Assembly: GCA_902526005.1 (NCBI GenBank)
Contig: CABZIW010000001.1
Span: 295,662-359,661 of the forward strand
Reading direction: 5' to 3'
Length of the DNA: 64,000 nt
DNA from: an uncultured Pelagibacteraceae bacterium
Lineage (GTDB): Bacteria > Pseudomonadota > Alphaproteobacteria > Pelagibacterales > AG-422-B15
Part shown: piece by piece, positions 52,926 to 62,192 of the stretch
Numbering within the stretch: the first letter of the stretch is position 1
Layout of the letters: every line of letters starts with the position of its first letter
Notes under the pieces: generated by a model
Seen by the model: only the letters and a program-made list of their open reading frames with translations
Databases searched by the model: none
Told to the model about the DNA's origin: nothing
Program-made: the position numbers and the translations under genes

Positions 52926-53855
52926 TTATAAGGCTTGTTCTAATTCGGGAAGAACTTGAAACAAGTCTGCTACCAAACCATAGTCTGCTACATCAAATAT
53001 AGGTGCTTCTTCATCTTTATTTATGGCAACTATAATTTTTGAGTCTTTCATGCCAGCCAAGTGCTGGATCGCTCCAGATATTCCGACCGCTATATACAGT
53101 TCGGGTGCTACAACTTTACCGGTTTGTCCGACTTGATAATCATTTGGAACAAAGCCTGCATCAACGGCAGCTCGAGATGCTCCAACAGCAGCTCCAAGTT
53201 TTTCAGCTACTTTATCCAAAAGTTCAAAGTTTTCTCCATTTTGCATTCCACGTCCACCTGAAATAATTGTCTTTGCAGAAGTAAGTTCTGGCCTATCAGA
53301 TTTTGTTAGCTCTTCGCCCACAAATTCTGAAATTGATGGAATATTCTCAGCATTTATCTTTGCAACCTCGCATTCAGCAGAGTCAGTTGTTGCAGCTTTG
53401 AAAGCAGTTGGTCTGACTGTGAGAACTTTCTTTGCGTCAGATGTTTGTACAGTTGCAATAGCGTTACCAGCATAAATTGTTCTAATAAATGTATCTGCAC
53501 TTTCAACAGCAACGATCTCCGATATTTGAGAGACATCAAGTTTTGCAGCAAGTCTAGGCATCACATTTTTACCAGTTGTTGTTGCTGCAGCCAAAAAGTA
53601 GTCATAATCGCCGGCAATATTAAAAATAACTTGAGTAAGTTTTTCAGCCAAAACATTATCAAATGCTGCATCATCCAAGTGGAGTAATTTACTCAATCCA
53701 TTAATTTTTGAAGCCTCCGCAACAGCTTCATTAATATTTGAGCCCACAATAAGTCCGTGAACATCGCCTTCAATTTGAGACGCTGCTGTTATAGCTTTTA
53801 AACTTTGATCGCTGACCTTTCCGTTTGCATGCTCGATATAAAAAAGTGATGTCAT
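52926..53855 (-). CDS. etfA: electron transfer flavoprotein alpha subunit
   Basis: 309 aa. C-terminal FAD region [27 protein letters not shown]. Confidence 0.93.
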   Translation of the reverse strand: MTSLFYIEHANGKVSDQSLKAITAASQIEGDVHGLIVGSNINEAVAEASKINGLSKLLHLDDAAFDNVLAEKLTQVIFNIAGDYDYFLAAATTTGKNVMPRLAAKLDVSQISEIVAVESADTFIRTIYAGNAIATVQTSDAKKVLTVRPTAFKAATTDSAECEVAKINAENIPSISEFVGEELTKSDRPELTSAKTIISGGRGMQNGENFELLDKVAEKLGAAVGASRAAVDAGFVPNDYQVGQTGKVVAPELYIAVGISGAIQHLAGMKDSKIIVAINKDEEAPIFDVADYGLVADLFQVLPELEQAL

Positions 53856-54601
53856 ATAACTCCTGCCTCATTTTTTAATTTTTCTACAAGATCTCCAACA
53901 TTCTCGACTTTGATTCCAGCCTGACGCTTTGGAGGTTCAATAACTTTTAAAATACTTACTCTAGGTGTAACATCAACTCCATAGTCCTCAGGAGATTTTT
54001 GATCAATTGGCTTCTTTTTTGCTTTCATTATATTGGGCAGAGAAGCATACCTAGGTTCATTCAATCTTAAATCGGTGGTAATAATAGCGGGCATATTCAG
54101 ATTTACAGTTTGTAAACCTCCATCTATTTCTCTGGTGACTTTAACCTTGTCGCCGTCGATTTCAACTTTTGAAGCAAAAGTTCCTTGAGGCATATCTGTT
54201 AGTGCAGCAAGCATCTGACCAGTTTGATTGTTATCTCCATCAATCGCTTGCTTTCCGGATATCACTAGTCCAGGTGACTCGCTTTCACAAATTTTTGCTA
54301 GAATTTTTGCAATTGAAATAGGCTCAACTTTTTCTTCTGTGAGCACATGTATTCCTCGGTCAGCTCCCATTGCAAGAGCCGTTCGAATAGTTTCTTGACA
54401 AGATTGATTGCCGATTGAAACAGCGATGATCTCTTCAGCTTTACCAGCTTCTTTTAATCTAATTGCCTCTTCAACTGCAATTTCACAAAAGGGGTTCATA
54501 GACATTTTTACATTCTCAGTTTCAACACCAGTTTGATCAGATTTAACTCTGATGTTAACGTACGGATCAATAACTCTTTTGACAGGGACTAAAATTTTCA
54601 T
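53852..54601 (-). CDS. etfB: electron transfer flavoprotein beta subunit
   Basis: 249 aa. [14 protein letters not shown] start, [11 protein letters not shown]. 4-nt overlap with etfA. Confidence 0.93.
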   Translation of the reverse strand: MKILVPVKRVIDPYVNIRVKSDQTGVETENVKMSMNPFCEIAVEEAIRLKEAGKAEEIIAVSIGNQSCQETIRTALAMGADRGIHVLTEEKVEPISIAKILAKICESESPGLVISGKQAIDGDNNQTGQMLAALTDMPQGTFASKVEIDGDKVKVTREIDGGLQTVNLNMPAIITTDLRLNEPRYASLPNIMKAKKKPIDQKSPEDYGVDVTPRVSILKVIEPPKRQAGIKVENVGDLVEKLKNEAGVI

Positions 54602-54644
54602 GATTTATGTGTTATAATATCTTTTTTAGTTGAGTAAACATAAA

Positions 54645-55208
54645 TTATACATTCTTACCAGGTTTCCACAAAATATCTTTTTTGCCATTGTTGTTTTCAA
54701 CTCTCGATAAAACAAAAAATAAATCAGATAACCGATTGATATATTTAATTGCTTCTTCGTTGACCTCTTCTTTTTTTGCAAGTGCGACAATCTGAGTTTC
54801 AGCTCGGCGCGTTACAGTTCTTGCGTTGTGTAAAAATGCCGCAGACTGAGACCCTCCCGGTAGCACAAAAGAATTAAGGGGTGCTAACTTTGCGTTATAT
54901 TTGTCAATTGTTTTTTCAATTCTTGTAACCTGCTTGCTTGTAACGCGTAGCGGTTTATATTTTGGTTTTTTTTCAACTGGAGTTGCGAGATCAGCACCTA
55001 AATCAAATAAGTCATTTTGTATTTCTGAAATTATTTTTTTCAGAGATGATTTGGCACTCGTGTTTAAAATTCCAAGTATAGAATTCAGTTCATCGACAGT
55101 CCCGTATGCTTTTATTCTTATATTATCCTTAAATACACGTTTGCCAGATACTAGCCCTGTCTTGCCTTTATCGCCGGCCCTTGTATAAATTTTATTGAGT
55201 TTTACCAT
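54645..55208 (-). CDS. pduO: ATP:cob(I)alamin adenosyltransferase, PduO type
   Basis: 187 aa. IYTRAGDKGKTGL, AYGTVDELNS, typical PduO-type N-terminus. Confidence 0.85.
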   Translation of the reverse strand: MVKLNKIYTRAGDKGKTGLVSGKRVFKDNIRIKAYGTVDELNSILGILNTSAKSSLKKIISEIQNDLFDLGADLATPVEKKPKYKPLRVTSKQVTRIEKTIDKYNAKLAPLNSFVLPGGSQSAAFLHNARTVTRRAETQIVALAKKEEVNEEAIKYINRLSDLFFVLSRVENNNGKKDILWKPGKNV

Positions 55209-55411
55209 TAAGAACTAGTTGAAAAGTAAAGAGCACTCATAATTATTACAATCGCAATAAACTGCAGAGTAATTCTAAGTCTCATAAGTTTATTTGAGTA
55301 CTTTTTATTAAAATCTCCACCTTTAAACATAGCGTAAATGCCTGTTCCTAAAACCGCTAAAACAGCAAGAAGTGATATAGGAATTAATAAGTAATATAAA
55401 AAACCTGGCAT
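55208..55411 (-). CDS. HIG1-domain twin transmembrane helix small protein
   Basis: 67 aa. Two TM helices joined by a KGGDFNKKYSNKLMRLRITLQ loop (RxRxxxQ motif). Its stop overlaps the pduO ATG (TAATG). Confidence 0.7.
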   Translation of the reverse strand: MPGFLYYLLIPISLLAVLAVLGTGIYAMFKGGDFNKKYSNKLMRLRITLQFIAIVIIMSALYFSTSS

Positions 55412-55417
55412 ATAAAG

Positions 55418-57073
55418 TTAAGCAGGGTTCGTAGAAACAAGTCGACGTGTTACAATGTCGGCCTGTATCTCTGCGGTTCCTTCAAATATATTTAAAATTC
55501 TGGAGTCACATAAAATTCTACTTATTGGATACTCAAGCGCAAACCCATTACCTCCATGAATTTGGACCCCGTTATCTGCGCATGCCCAAGCAACTCTAGC
55601 AGCCAACATTTTTGCCATTCCTGCTTCCAAATCACATCTGTGTCCTTTATCTTTTTCTCTTGCAGCATAATAAGTTAATTGTCTTGCAGCCATAATCTCA
55701 GTAGCCATAGAAACAATTTTCGATGCATTTCTAGGTTTGTCATACAGCGAACCGCCATTTGTATCTAGCCTATCTATTGCGTATTGCATTGCAGTTTCAA
55801 AAGCTGATTGTGCTACACCCAGTGCTCTAGCTGCAGTTTGTATACGAGCTGCTTCAAAAGTTTCCATCATTTGTTTGAAGCCATTTCCTTCTTTTTCACC
55901 AAGTAAATTTTCTTTTTTAACTTTAAAGCCGTCAAAAGCCATTTCGTACTCTTTCATGCCTCTGTAGCCTAAAACCTCGATTTCGCCACCACTAATTCCC
56001 TCATCAGGGAACATATTATCGTCATCACCCCTCTGTTTTTCAGCAAGGAACATTGATAAACCTTTGTAGCCTTTTTCATCAGGGTTTGTGCGTGCTAATA
56101 ACATCATCACGTCACTTCGAGCTCCATGTGTAACCCATGTCTTGTTTCCTGTGATTGTATAGTGCTCTCCATTTGCAACTGCCCTTGTTTTGAATGAGCC
56201 CATATCAGATCCTGAATGAGGTTCGGTTAAAACAGCGCATGGAAGCATTTCACCAGATGCAATTTTCGGTAAATATTTATTTTTCTGTTCTTCGGTGCCA
56301 CCTGTAATCAATAATTCGGCAGCTATATCGCCGCGTGTACCAAGTGAGCCAATGCCAATATAACCCCTTGCAAGTTCCTCAGTTACCACACAGTCAACAA
56401 ATCTTGTCATTCCAAGTCCACCGTATTCTTCAGGTATCGTCAGACCAAATACACCAAGTTCAGACATTTTTTCAATTACAGACATCGGAATAAGGTTATC
56501 TTTAAGATGCCATTCATGAGCGTTTGGCGTCACATCATCTTCAACAAATTTTCTAAATTGTTCTTGAATTATTGATGTAGTTTCATCTAGGCCGCTATTA
56601 CCAAAGTTTTTACTTGAAAATCCATCTTTTAATAATTGAGCAAGTTTCATGCGATCTGCAGTACTATTGCCATTCAAAATCAGATCATTAAATTCTTCGG
56701 TCCCTGTTTCTTGAAAGAGACCATTTTTTAATCCTAAATCTTGAGGACGAACATACTCAAGTTGTGACATTGGTATTCCAGATTTAATTTGCGCACAATA
56801 TTCCGAAAAAGTAATTTGCAAAATTAATTGCTCTGTTTCATTAAACGTTCCGGTCGAGTCTAGGTTTGAGGCCCAATTAACCATTTCTTTCAAAGTAGCT
56901 CTATATGCAGCAACCCAAGATAAGCCATGTGCAGCATGTTGTTCCCTATCTAGATTATCACGAGATAATTTTCCATTAACAATTAACTCACCTCTTACAT
57001 GTTGCAGGGCAGCATCGTAATACTTATCGACAGTAATAAGGGATTTTTGACATTTAGAAATTAGTTCGTGCAT
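55418..57073 (-). CDS. mcd: acyl-CoA dehydrogenase with ~170-aa N-terminal extension; candidate (2S)-methylsuccinyl-CoA dehydrogenase
   Basis: 551 aa. The ACAD core starts near aa 170 (FGLTIPEEYGGLG ... HGGNGF ... IFEGTAEIQ). Length, N-terminal extension and position next to ccr fit Mcd. Confidence 0.72.
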   Translation of the reverse strand: MHELISKCQKSLITVDKYYDAALQHVRGELIVNGKLSRDNLDREQHAAHGLSWVAAYRATLKEMVNWASNLDSTGTFNETEQLILQITFSEYCAQIKSGIPMSQLEYVRPQDLGLKNGLFQETGTEEFNDLILNGNSTADRMKLAQLLKDGFSSKNFGNSGLDETTSIIQEQFRKFVEDDVTPNAHEWHLKDNLIPMSVIEKMSELGVFGLTIPEEYGGLGMTRFVDCVVTEELARGYIGIGSLGTRGDIAAELLITGGTEEQKNKYLPKIASGEMLPCAVLTEPHSGSDMGSFKTRAVANGEHYTITGNKTWVTHGARSDVMMLLARTNPDEKGYKGLSMFLAEKQRGDDDNMFPDEGISGGEIEVLGYRGMKEYEMAFDGFKVKKENLLGEKEGNGFKQMMETFEAARIQTAARALGVAQSAFETAMQYAIDRLDTNGGSLYDKPRNASKIVSMATEIMAARQLTYYAAREKDKGHRCDLEAGMAKMLAARVAWACADNGVQIHGGNGFALEYPISRILCDSRILNIFEGTAEIQADIVTRRLVSTNPA

Positions 57074-57083
57074 GTTTAACTTT

Positions 57084-58319
57084 CTAGTTTAGAGATTTTT
57101 GTCCTTCTTTTGCAGCGCCAACAAGGACAGCCATATTTCCACCTTTATGTTCATTGTTAAGCATCTTTTCATGAGCATCAGGAATATTGTTCCATGCAAA
57201 AAGCTCTGACATACAAGGATCTAATGTACCGTCAATAACAAGTTCATTCGCTGCATTCGCTTGCTTTGAATTTCCAAAGTGTGAACCCTGAAGTCTTTTA
57301 CTTTGCATCCACAGATATCTAGCATCTAATGTGAGATTATATCCTGTAGTACCAGCACAAATAACAACCATTCCTCCTGGTTTTACTACAAAACATGAAA
57401 CAGGAACGGTAGTTTCGCCCGGATGCTCAAATACCATGTCAACATTATTACCCTTACCTGTAAATTCCCATAAGGCCTTTCCAAATTTTCTAACTTCTTT
57501 CATATAGTTTGCATATGTTTCAGCGTCATCAATATCAGGATGTTCACCCCAACAATCAAAATCTTTTCTGTTTAGAACGCCTACAGCTCCTAGATCTTTT
57601 ACATAATCAATTTTAGAGTTATCAGAAACAATACCAATTGGTTTAGCTCCAACAATTTTTGCAAGTTGCACTGCCATGCTTCCAAGGCCTCCTGATGCGC
57701 CCCATATTAAAACAAACTCGCCCGGCTTTAATTCATTGGGAGCGTGGCCAAATAGCATTCTATATGCAGTTGCGAGGGTTAACATATAACAACCACTTTC
57801 TTCCCAAGATAAATTTGGTGGCTTACGTAAAACTTGGTGCGCTTGAACAGCTGTGAATTGAGCAAAGGTCCCATCAGCTGTTTCGTAACCAAAGACTTTA
57901 TTTGTTTTTGATATCATTGGTTCACCACCATTAACCTCAGCATCCTCATGATCCCACTGCATACCATGAATGATTACCTCATCGCCCACTTTCCATTTTT
58001 TTACGCCAGAACCAACTTTCCAGACAATTCCAGAACAATCAGAACCTGCGATGTGATAGTCTTTTTTAGTCATATCAAGCGTAGATACAGGTTTTCCAAG
58101 ACCAGCCCAAACACCGTTGTAGTTTACACCCGCGGCCATTACAAATATCAAAACGTCATTGGATCCAACTTCAGGAACATCAAATTCTTCTTCTTTAAAT
58201 GATTGCATTGGGTTTCCATGACGATCTCTTCTGATTACCCATGCGTGCATTTTCTTAGGGACAAAACCAAGAGGTGGAACTTCACCTATAGCATAAATGT
58301 CTTTTTCTTCAGTGGTCAT
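57084..58319 (-). CDS. ccr: crotonyl-CoA carboxylase/reductase
   Basis: 411 aa. DIYAIGEVPPLGFVPKKMHAWVIRRDRHG, VMAAGVNYNGVWAG, YHIAGSDCSGIVW, GASGGLGSMAVQLAK. An AGGAG lies 8 nt upstream of the ATG. Confidence 0.88.
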   Translation of the reverse strand: MTTEEKDIYAIGEVPPLGFVPKKMHAWVIRRDRHGNPMQSFKEEEFDVPEVGSNDVLIFVMAAGVNYNGVWAGLGKPVSTLDMTKKDYHIAGSDCSGIVWKVGSGVKKWKVGDEVIIHGMQWDHEDAEVNGGEPMISKTNKVFGYETADGTFAQFTAVQAHQVLRKPPNLSWEESGCYMLTLATAYRMLFGHAPNELKPGEFVLIWGASGGLGSMAVQLAKIVGAKPIGIVSDNSKIDYVKDLGAVGVLNRKDFDCWGEHPDIDDAETYANYMKEVRKFGKALWEFTGKGNNVDMVFEHPGETTVPVSCFVVKPGGMVVICAGTTGYNLTLDARYLWMQSKRLQGSHFGNSKQANAANELVIDGTLDPCMSELFAWNNIPDAHEKMLNNEHKGGNMAVLVGAAKEGQKSLN

Positions 58320-58453
58320 AAATCTGCTCCTGTAGTGTAAATTATATAAAACTAATGTTTCTTTTTTCTAGGTTTATAGCCATTTTAACTAGATTAGTAT
58401 ATACATTTTAAACAAAAGGATTTAATAAAACCAAAAAAAAACGTTGAAAAACA

Positions 58454-60409
58454 ATGGATAAACCTTGGCTCATAAGAACTTACGCAGGACATTCGTCTGC
58501 CAAAAAGTCAAATGAACTCTATCTTAAGAACCTATCAAAAGGTCAAACAGGTATCTCAGTAGCGTTCGATTTACCTACCCAAACTGGGTATGACAGTGAT
58601 CACATTCTCGCTAAAGGGGAGGTTGGCAAAGTTGGTGTTCCAATCTGTCATATTGGCGATATGAGATCGCTCTTTAATCAAATTCCATTAGATAAAATGA
58701 ATACATCAATGACCATTAATGCTACAGCTGCATGGTTGCTGAGTTTATATGTAGCCGTTGCAGATGAACAGGGCATAGACAGAAATAAATTACGGGGAAC
58801 AACTCAAAACGATGTTTTAAAAGAATATCTCTCAAGAGGAACATATATTCTTCCACCTGACCCAAGTTTAAAAATAATATCTGACGTGATTACTTTTACT
58901 TTTAAAGAAATGCCAAATTGGAATCCAATAAATGTATGTCCTTACCATTTAGTTGAAGTAGGCGCAACTCCTGAGCAGGAATTAGCTTTTGGTCTTTCAA
59001 TTGCAGTTGCGTATCTCGATAAAGTTAAAACCTCAAATGTGTTATCAGAGGAAGAATTTGAAAATGTAGTAGGTCGCATAAGCTTCTTCGTTAATTCTGG
59101 AATCAAATTTATTACTGAGATGTGTAAAATGAGAGCATTTGTATCTTTGTGGAATGAAATTACAAAAGAGAGATATGGTGTTAAGGATCCTAAAAACAGA
59201 AGATTTAGATATGGCATGCAAGTAAACAGTCTTGGATTAACTGAGCAACAACCTGAGAACAACGTATATAGAATATTAATTGAAATGCTAGGCGTCGTTC
59301 TCTCAAAGGATGCAAGAGCAAGAGCAGTTCAGTTACCAGCTTGGAATGAAGCAATGGGATTGCCAAGACCATGGGATCAACAGTGGTCCTTAAGATTACA
59401 ACAAATTGTTGCGTATGAAACAGATCTTCTACATTTTGACGATATATTCAATGGCTCTGAAGTAATTGATGAAAAGGTTAAAAATCTTAAAGAGACTGCG
59501 ATGAAAGAATTTAATCACATTCAATCAATTGGTGGTGCAGTAGCTGCAGTTGAAAGTGGTTACTTAAAACAGGAATTGGTCAATTCTCAAAAAGAAAGGC
59601 TAAAAAGAATTAATGATAAAGAGCAAATCGTTGTTGGAGTTAATGAGTTTGTTGAGACTGAAGAGTCACCTCTTGTATCAAATGATGGAGGCATAGAGAC
59701 AATTGATCCAAAAATTGAAAATGAACAAGTAAAAGCAGTTATTGATTGGAGACAAAACAGAGATCAAAAACAGGTTGATAGCGCTTTAAATCAATTAAGC
59801 GAAGCAGCAAAATCTGGAGAAAACATAATGGAAGCTTCTATTACAGCTGCAAAAGCAGGCGTAACAACAGGTGAATGGTCTCAAATACTTCGGGATGTTT
59901 TTGGTGAGTTCAAAGCACCGACTGGTATAACTAATATTCAACCATCCAATAATGACGATTACAGCCCAATACGTAAAAGAGTTGAGTCATTGTCAGATAA
60001 GATAGGAAGAAGAATTAAATTTCTCGTAGGCAAACCCGGCCTTGACGGGCATTCTAGTGGAGCTGAACAAATTGCTGTAAGTGCGAGTGATTGTGGAATG
60101 GATGTTTTGTACGAAGGAATTAGATTAACACCAGAACAAATAGTAAAATCATCTGTTGAAGAAGATGTACACATCATCGGACTTTCTATTCTATCTGGTT
60201 CTCATGTGCAGCTTGTCGAGGAAATTATGAATGAAATGAAAAAAAATAAAGTAGATGATATCCCGGTAATTGTAGGAGGTATAATTCCAACAGAAGATGA
60301 AAAGATCTTAATTAAAAATGGAGTTCAGGCAGTTTATACTCCAAAGGATTATCAGCTGAAAGATATAATGAGTGACATTGTGAGCATTGTTGAGAGAAAA
60401 GTATCTTAA
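58454..60409 (+). CDS. ecm: ethylmalonyl-CoA mutase (adenosylcobalamin-dependent acyl-CoA mutase, MeaA/Ecm type)
   Basis: 651 aa. PWLIRTYAGHSSAKKSN (RTYAGHS rather than the RQYAGFS of methylmalonyl-CoA mutase), GQTGISVAFDLPTQTGYDSD, C-terminal B12 domain with DGHSSG (DxHxxG) and SILSGSH. Divergent from ccr. Confidence 0.83.
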   Translation: MDKPWLIRTYAGHSSAKKSNELYLKNLSKGQTGISVAFDLPTQTGYDSDHILAKGEVGKVGVPICHIGDMRSLFNQIPLDKMNTSMTINATAAWLLSLYVAVADEQGIDRNKLRGTTQNDVLKEYLSRGTYILPPDPSLKIISDVITFTFKEMPNWNPINVCPYHLVEVGATPEQELAFGLSIAVAYLDKVKTSNVLSEEEFENVVGRISFFVNSGIKFITEMCKMRAFVSLWNEITKERYGVKDPKNRRFRYGMQVNSLGLTEQQPENNVYRILIEMLGVVLSKDARARAVQLPAWNEAMGLPRPWDQQWSLRLQQIVAYETDLLHFDDIFNGSEVIDEKVKNLKETAMKEFNHIQSIGGAVAAVESGYLKQELVNSQKERLKRINDKEQIVVGVNEFVETEESPLVSNDGGIETIDPKIENEQVKAVIDWRQNRDQKQVDSALNQLSEAAKSGENIMEASITAAKAGVTTGEWSQILRDVFGEFKAPTGITNIQPSNNDDYSPIRKRVESLSDKIGRRIKFLVGKPGLDGHSSGAEQIAVSASDCGMDVLYEGIRLTPEQIVKSSVEEDVHIIGLSILSGSHVQLVEEIMNEMKKNKVDDIPVIVGGIIPTEDEKILIKNGVQAVYTPKDYQLKDIMSDIVSIVERKVS

Positions 60410-61062
60410 TGCCAATCTTAAGTGGACCAGTTTTAGAACCCCAAGACTCTTCAAAGCCTTCAAAACTTGTAATATTTTGTCACGGATTCGGCGCAGATGG
60501 CAACGATCTGATTGGCCTTGCTAATTATATTCAGCCTCAAATGCCCGATGCGGTTTTTTTATCACCTAACGCACCAGAAAAATGTGGATTAAACCCAATG
60601 GGATATCAATGGTTTGATTTTCAATCGGGTGATCCTGCAACTATTTGGAAGGGTGTGTTAAATGCAGCTGATACACTTAATGGTTTTATTGATGAACAAC
60701 TTAAGAATTATGAGTTAAGTGATGATAATTTGGCGCTCGTAGGTTTCAGTCAAGGCACAATGATGAGTCTACATGTCGGCCTTAGAAGAGAAAATTCAAT
60801 GAGAGCAATTGTTGGCTTTTCAGGAAGGTTAATTGCTCCAGAACTTCTTAAAAATGAATTAAAGTCTAAACCTCCAATTTACCTAATTCATGGAGATATG
60901 GACCCTATGGTTCCTTATCAAGAAACTATTGAAGCTGAAAAAAAGTTATCAGAATTAAGTTTAGATGTTAAAGCTCATATTTCCCCGAACACTCAGCATT
61001 CGATTGCTCAAGACGGCTTAGACATAGCAATTAAATTCTTAGTAGAAAAATTTTCAAATTAA
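60409..61062 (+). CDS. alpha/beta hydrolase, phospholipase/carboxylesterase (LYPLA/acyl-protein-thioesterase-like) family
   Basis: 217 aa. FCHGFGADGNDL, nucleophile elbow GFSQG, HGDMDPMVP, a late His (TQHSI). Its ATG overlaps the ecm stop (TAATG). Confidence 0.8.
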   Translation: MPILSGPVLEPQDSSKPSKLVIFCHGFGADGNDLIGLANYIQPQMPDAVFLSPNAPEKCGLNPMGYQWFDFQSGDPATIWKGVLNAADTLNGFIDEQLKNYELSDDNLALVGFSQGTMMSLHVGLRRENSMRAIVGFSGRLIAPELLKNELKSKPPIYLIHGDMDPMVPYQETIEAEKKLSELSLDVKAHISPNTQHSIAQDGLDIAIKFLVEKFSN

Positions 61063-61106
61063 AAAATTTTTTGAAATTTTTATACAATTGCATATATTAA
61101 TTACTA

Positions 61107-61664
61107 ATGAGTATTGCAGTTCCTTTAGAAAAATGTCCAGCTTTGGTACTAAATTCGGATTTCAGGCCTCTTAGTCATTATCCTCTATCTTTGTGGTGCT
61201 GGCAAGACAGTGTAAAAGCCGTTGTTCTTGGAAGAGTAAATATTGTATCCAATTATGAAAGAGAAATTAGAAGTCCAAGTTTTCAAATGTACTTACCAAG
61301 CGTTATTAGTTTAAAGACGTATATCAAACCAAACAGAAATCCAATCTTCTCAAGATTTAATGTTTTTTTGCGCGATAAGTTCAGTTGCCAATATTGTGGT
61401 TCAAAGAAAGATTTAACATTTGATCATCTTATACCTAGATCACATGGCGGTGAAACAACCTGGGAAAATATTGTAACAGCATGTTCAGGCTGTAATGTTA
61501 AAAAGGGTGGAAAACTTTTGAAAGACTCAGGTATGAAGCCCCTTAATATTCCAAAAATACCAACAATGGCTGATTTAGATAAATGTGGTCGATCTTTCCC
61601 CCCTAACTTTTTGCATGAAAGCTGGATGGATTTCTTATATTGGGATATTCAATTAGAAAGATAA
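61107..61664 (+). CDS. HNH endonuclease domain protein
   Basis: 185 aa. CQYCGSKKDLTFDHLIPRSHGGETTWENIVTACSGCNVKKG. Confidence 0.82.
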   Translation: MSIAVPLEKCPALVLNSDFRPLSHYPLSLWCWQDSVKAVVLGRVNIVSNYEREIRSPSFQMYLPSVISLKTYIKPNRNPIFSRFNVFLRDKFSCQYCGSKKDLTFDHLIPRSHGGETTWENIVTACSGCNVKKGGKLLKDSGMKPLNIPKIPTMADLDKCGRSFPPNFLHESWMDFLYWDIQLER

Positions 61665-62192
61665 TTAAATTCTCTCGGCCAAAAAAATAGCAGCTTTTGT
61701 TGTTTCATTTATAGTTTTTCTTAAAACAGAATAACCAAAAGCTTCTCGCGACCCTTCATCAATAGCGGTATTTTTATGTTCAACTTCATCATCACGAAAT
61801 TTAACTAATTTTTTTCTTAGTTTTTCGTCCACTCCTTCGAGCTGATCGATTTGTTTTTGATAATGTTTTTCAATAATTTCTTCTACTGCCTCAGTGCATA
61901 CATAGGCTGCTTTAGGACCCATGAGGGCAGTACCCACACCCATTGCGTAAGCACCTAAACCAAAAAGGCCTTTCAGTTTTGTGGGTCTAATCTTTTTTTC
62001 TTTAGCGATATTGTTAAAAAAGTCTAAATGTTCTTTTTCATCTGCAGCCATTTTTGATATTTGGTCAAAATCTTTTTTATTCTTCTGCAGTTTGAATATC
62101 ATTTTTTGCCCTTGATATATTTGCTGAGCACCAAGCTCACCCGCTTGATCAACTCTAATGATTTTTTTTAAAATATTTTCTTTAACGTTCAT
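61665..62192 (-). CDS. coq7: demethoxyubiquinone hydroxylase (COQ7 family di-iron)
   Basis: 175 aa. RVDQAGELGA, EKEHL and DEVEH carboxylate/His motifs. Confidence 0.85.
   Translation of the reverse strand: MNVKENILKKIIRVDQAGELGAQQIYQGQKMIFKLQKNKKDFDQISKMAADEKEHLDFFNNIAKEKKIRPTKLKGLFGLGAYAMGVGTALMGPKAAYVCTEAVEEIIEKHYQKQIDQLEGVDEKLRKKLVKFRDDEVEHKNTAIDEGSREAFGYSVLRKTINETTKAAIFLAERI

Noticed and set aside
58369-58393. Possible operator palindrome ctaggttt...ttaactag in the divergent ccr/ecm spacer.
   Set aside because: Only the outer CTAG tetranucleotides and a few inner positions are symmetric. That is expected by chance in AT-rich DNA, and there is no regulator gene nearby.
61107-61664. The HNH endonuclease as a homing endonuclease, defence or toxin component.
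   Set aside because: It is a stand-alone 185-aa HNH protein with no partner (no methylase, immunity gene, intein/intron context or repeats). It is tightly packed between a hydrolase and coq7, and the architecture looks like a conserved housekeeping-type HNH protein. There is no evidence for a system.
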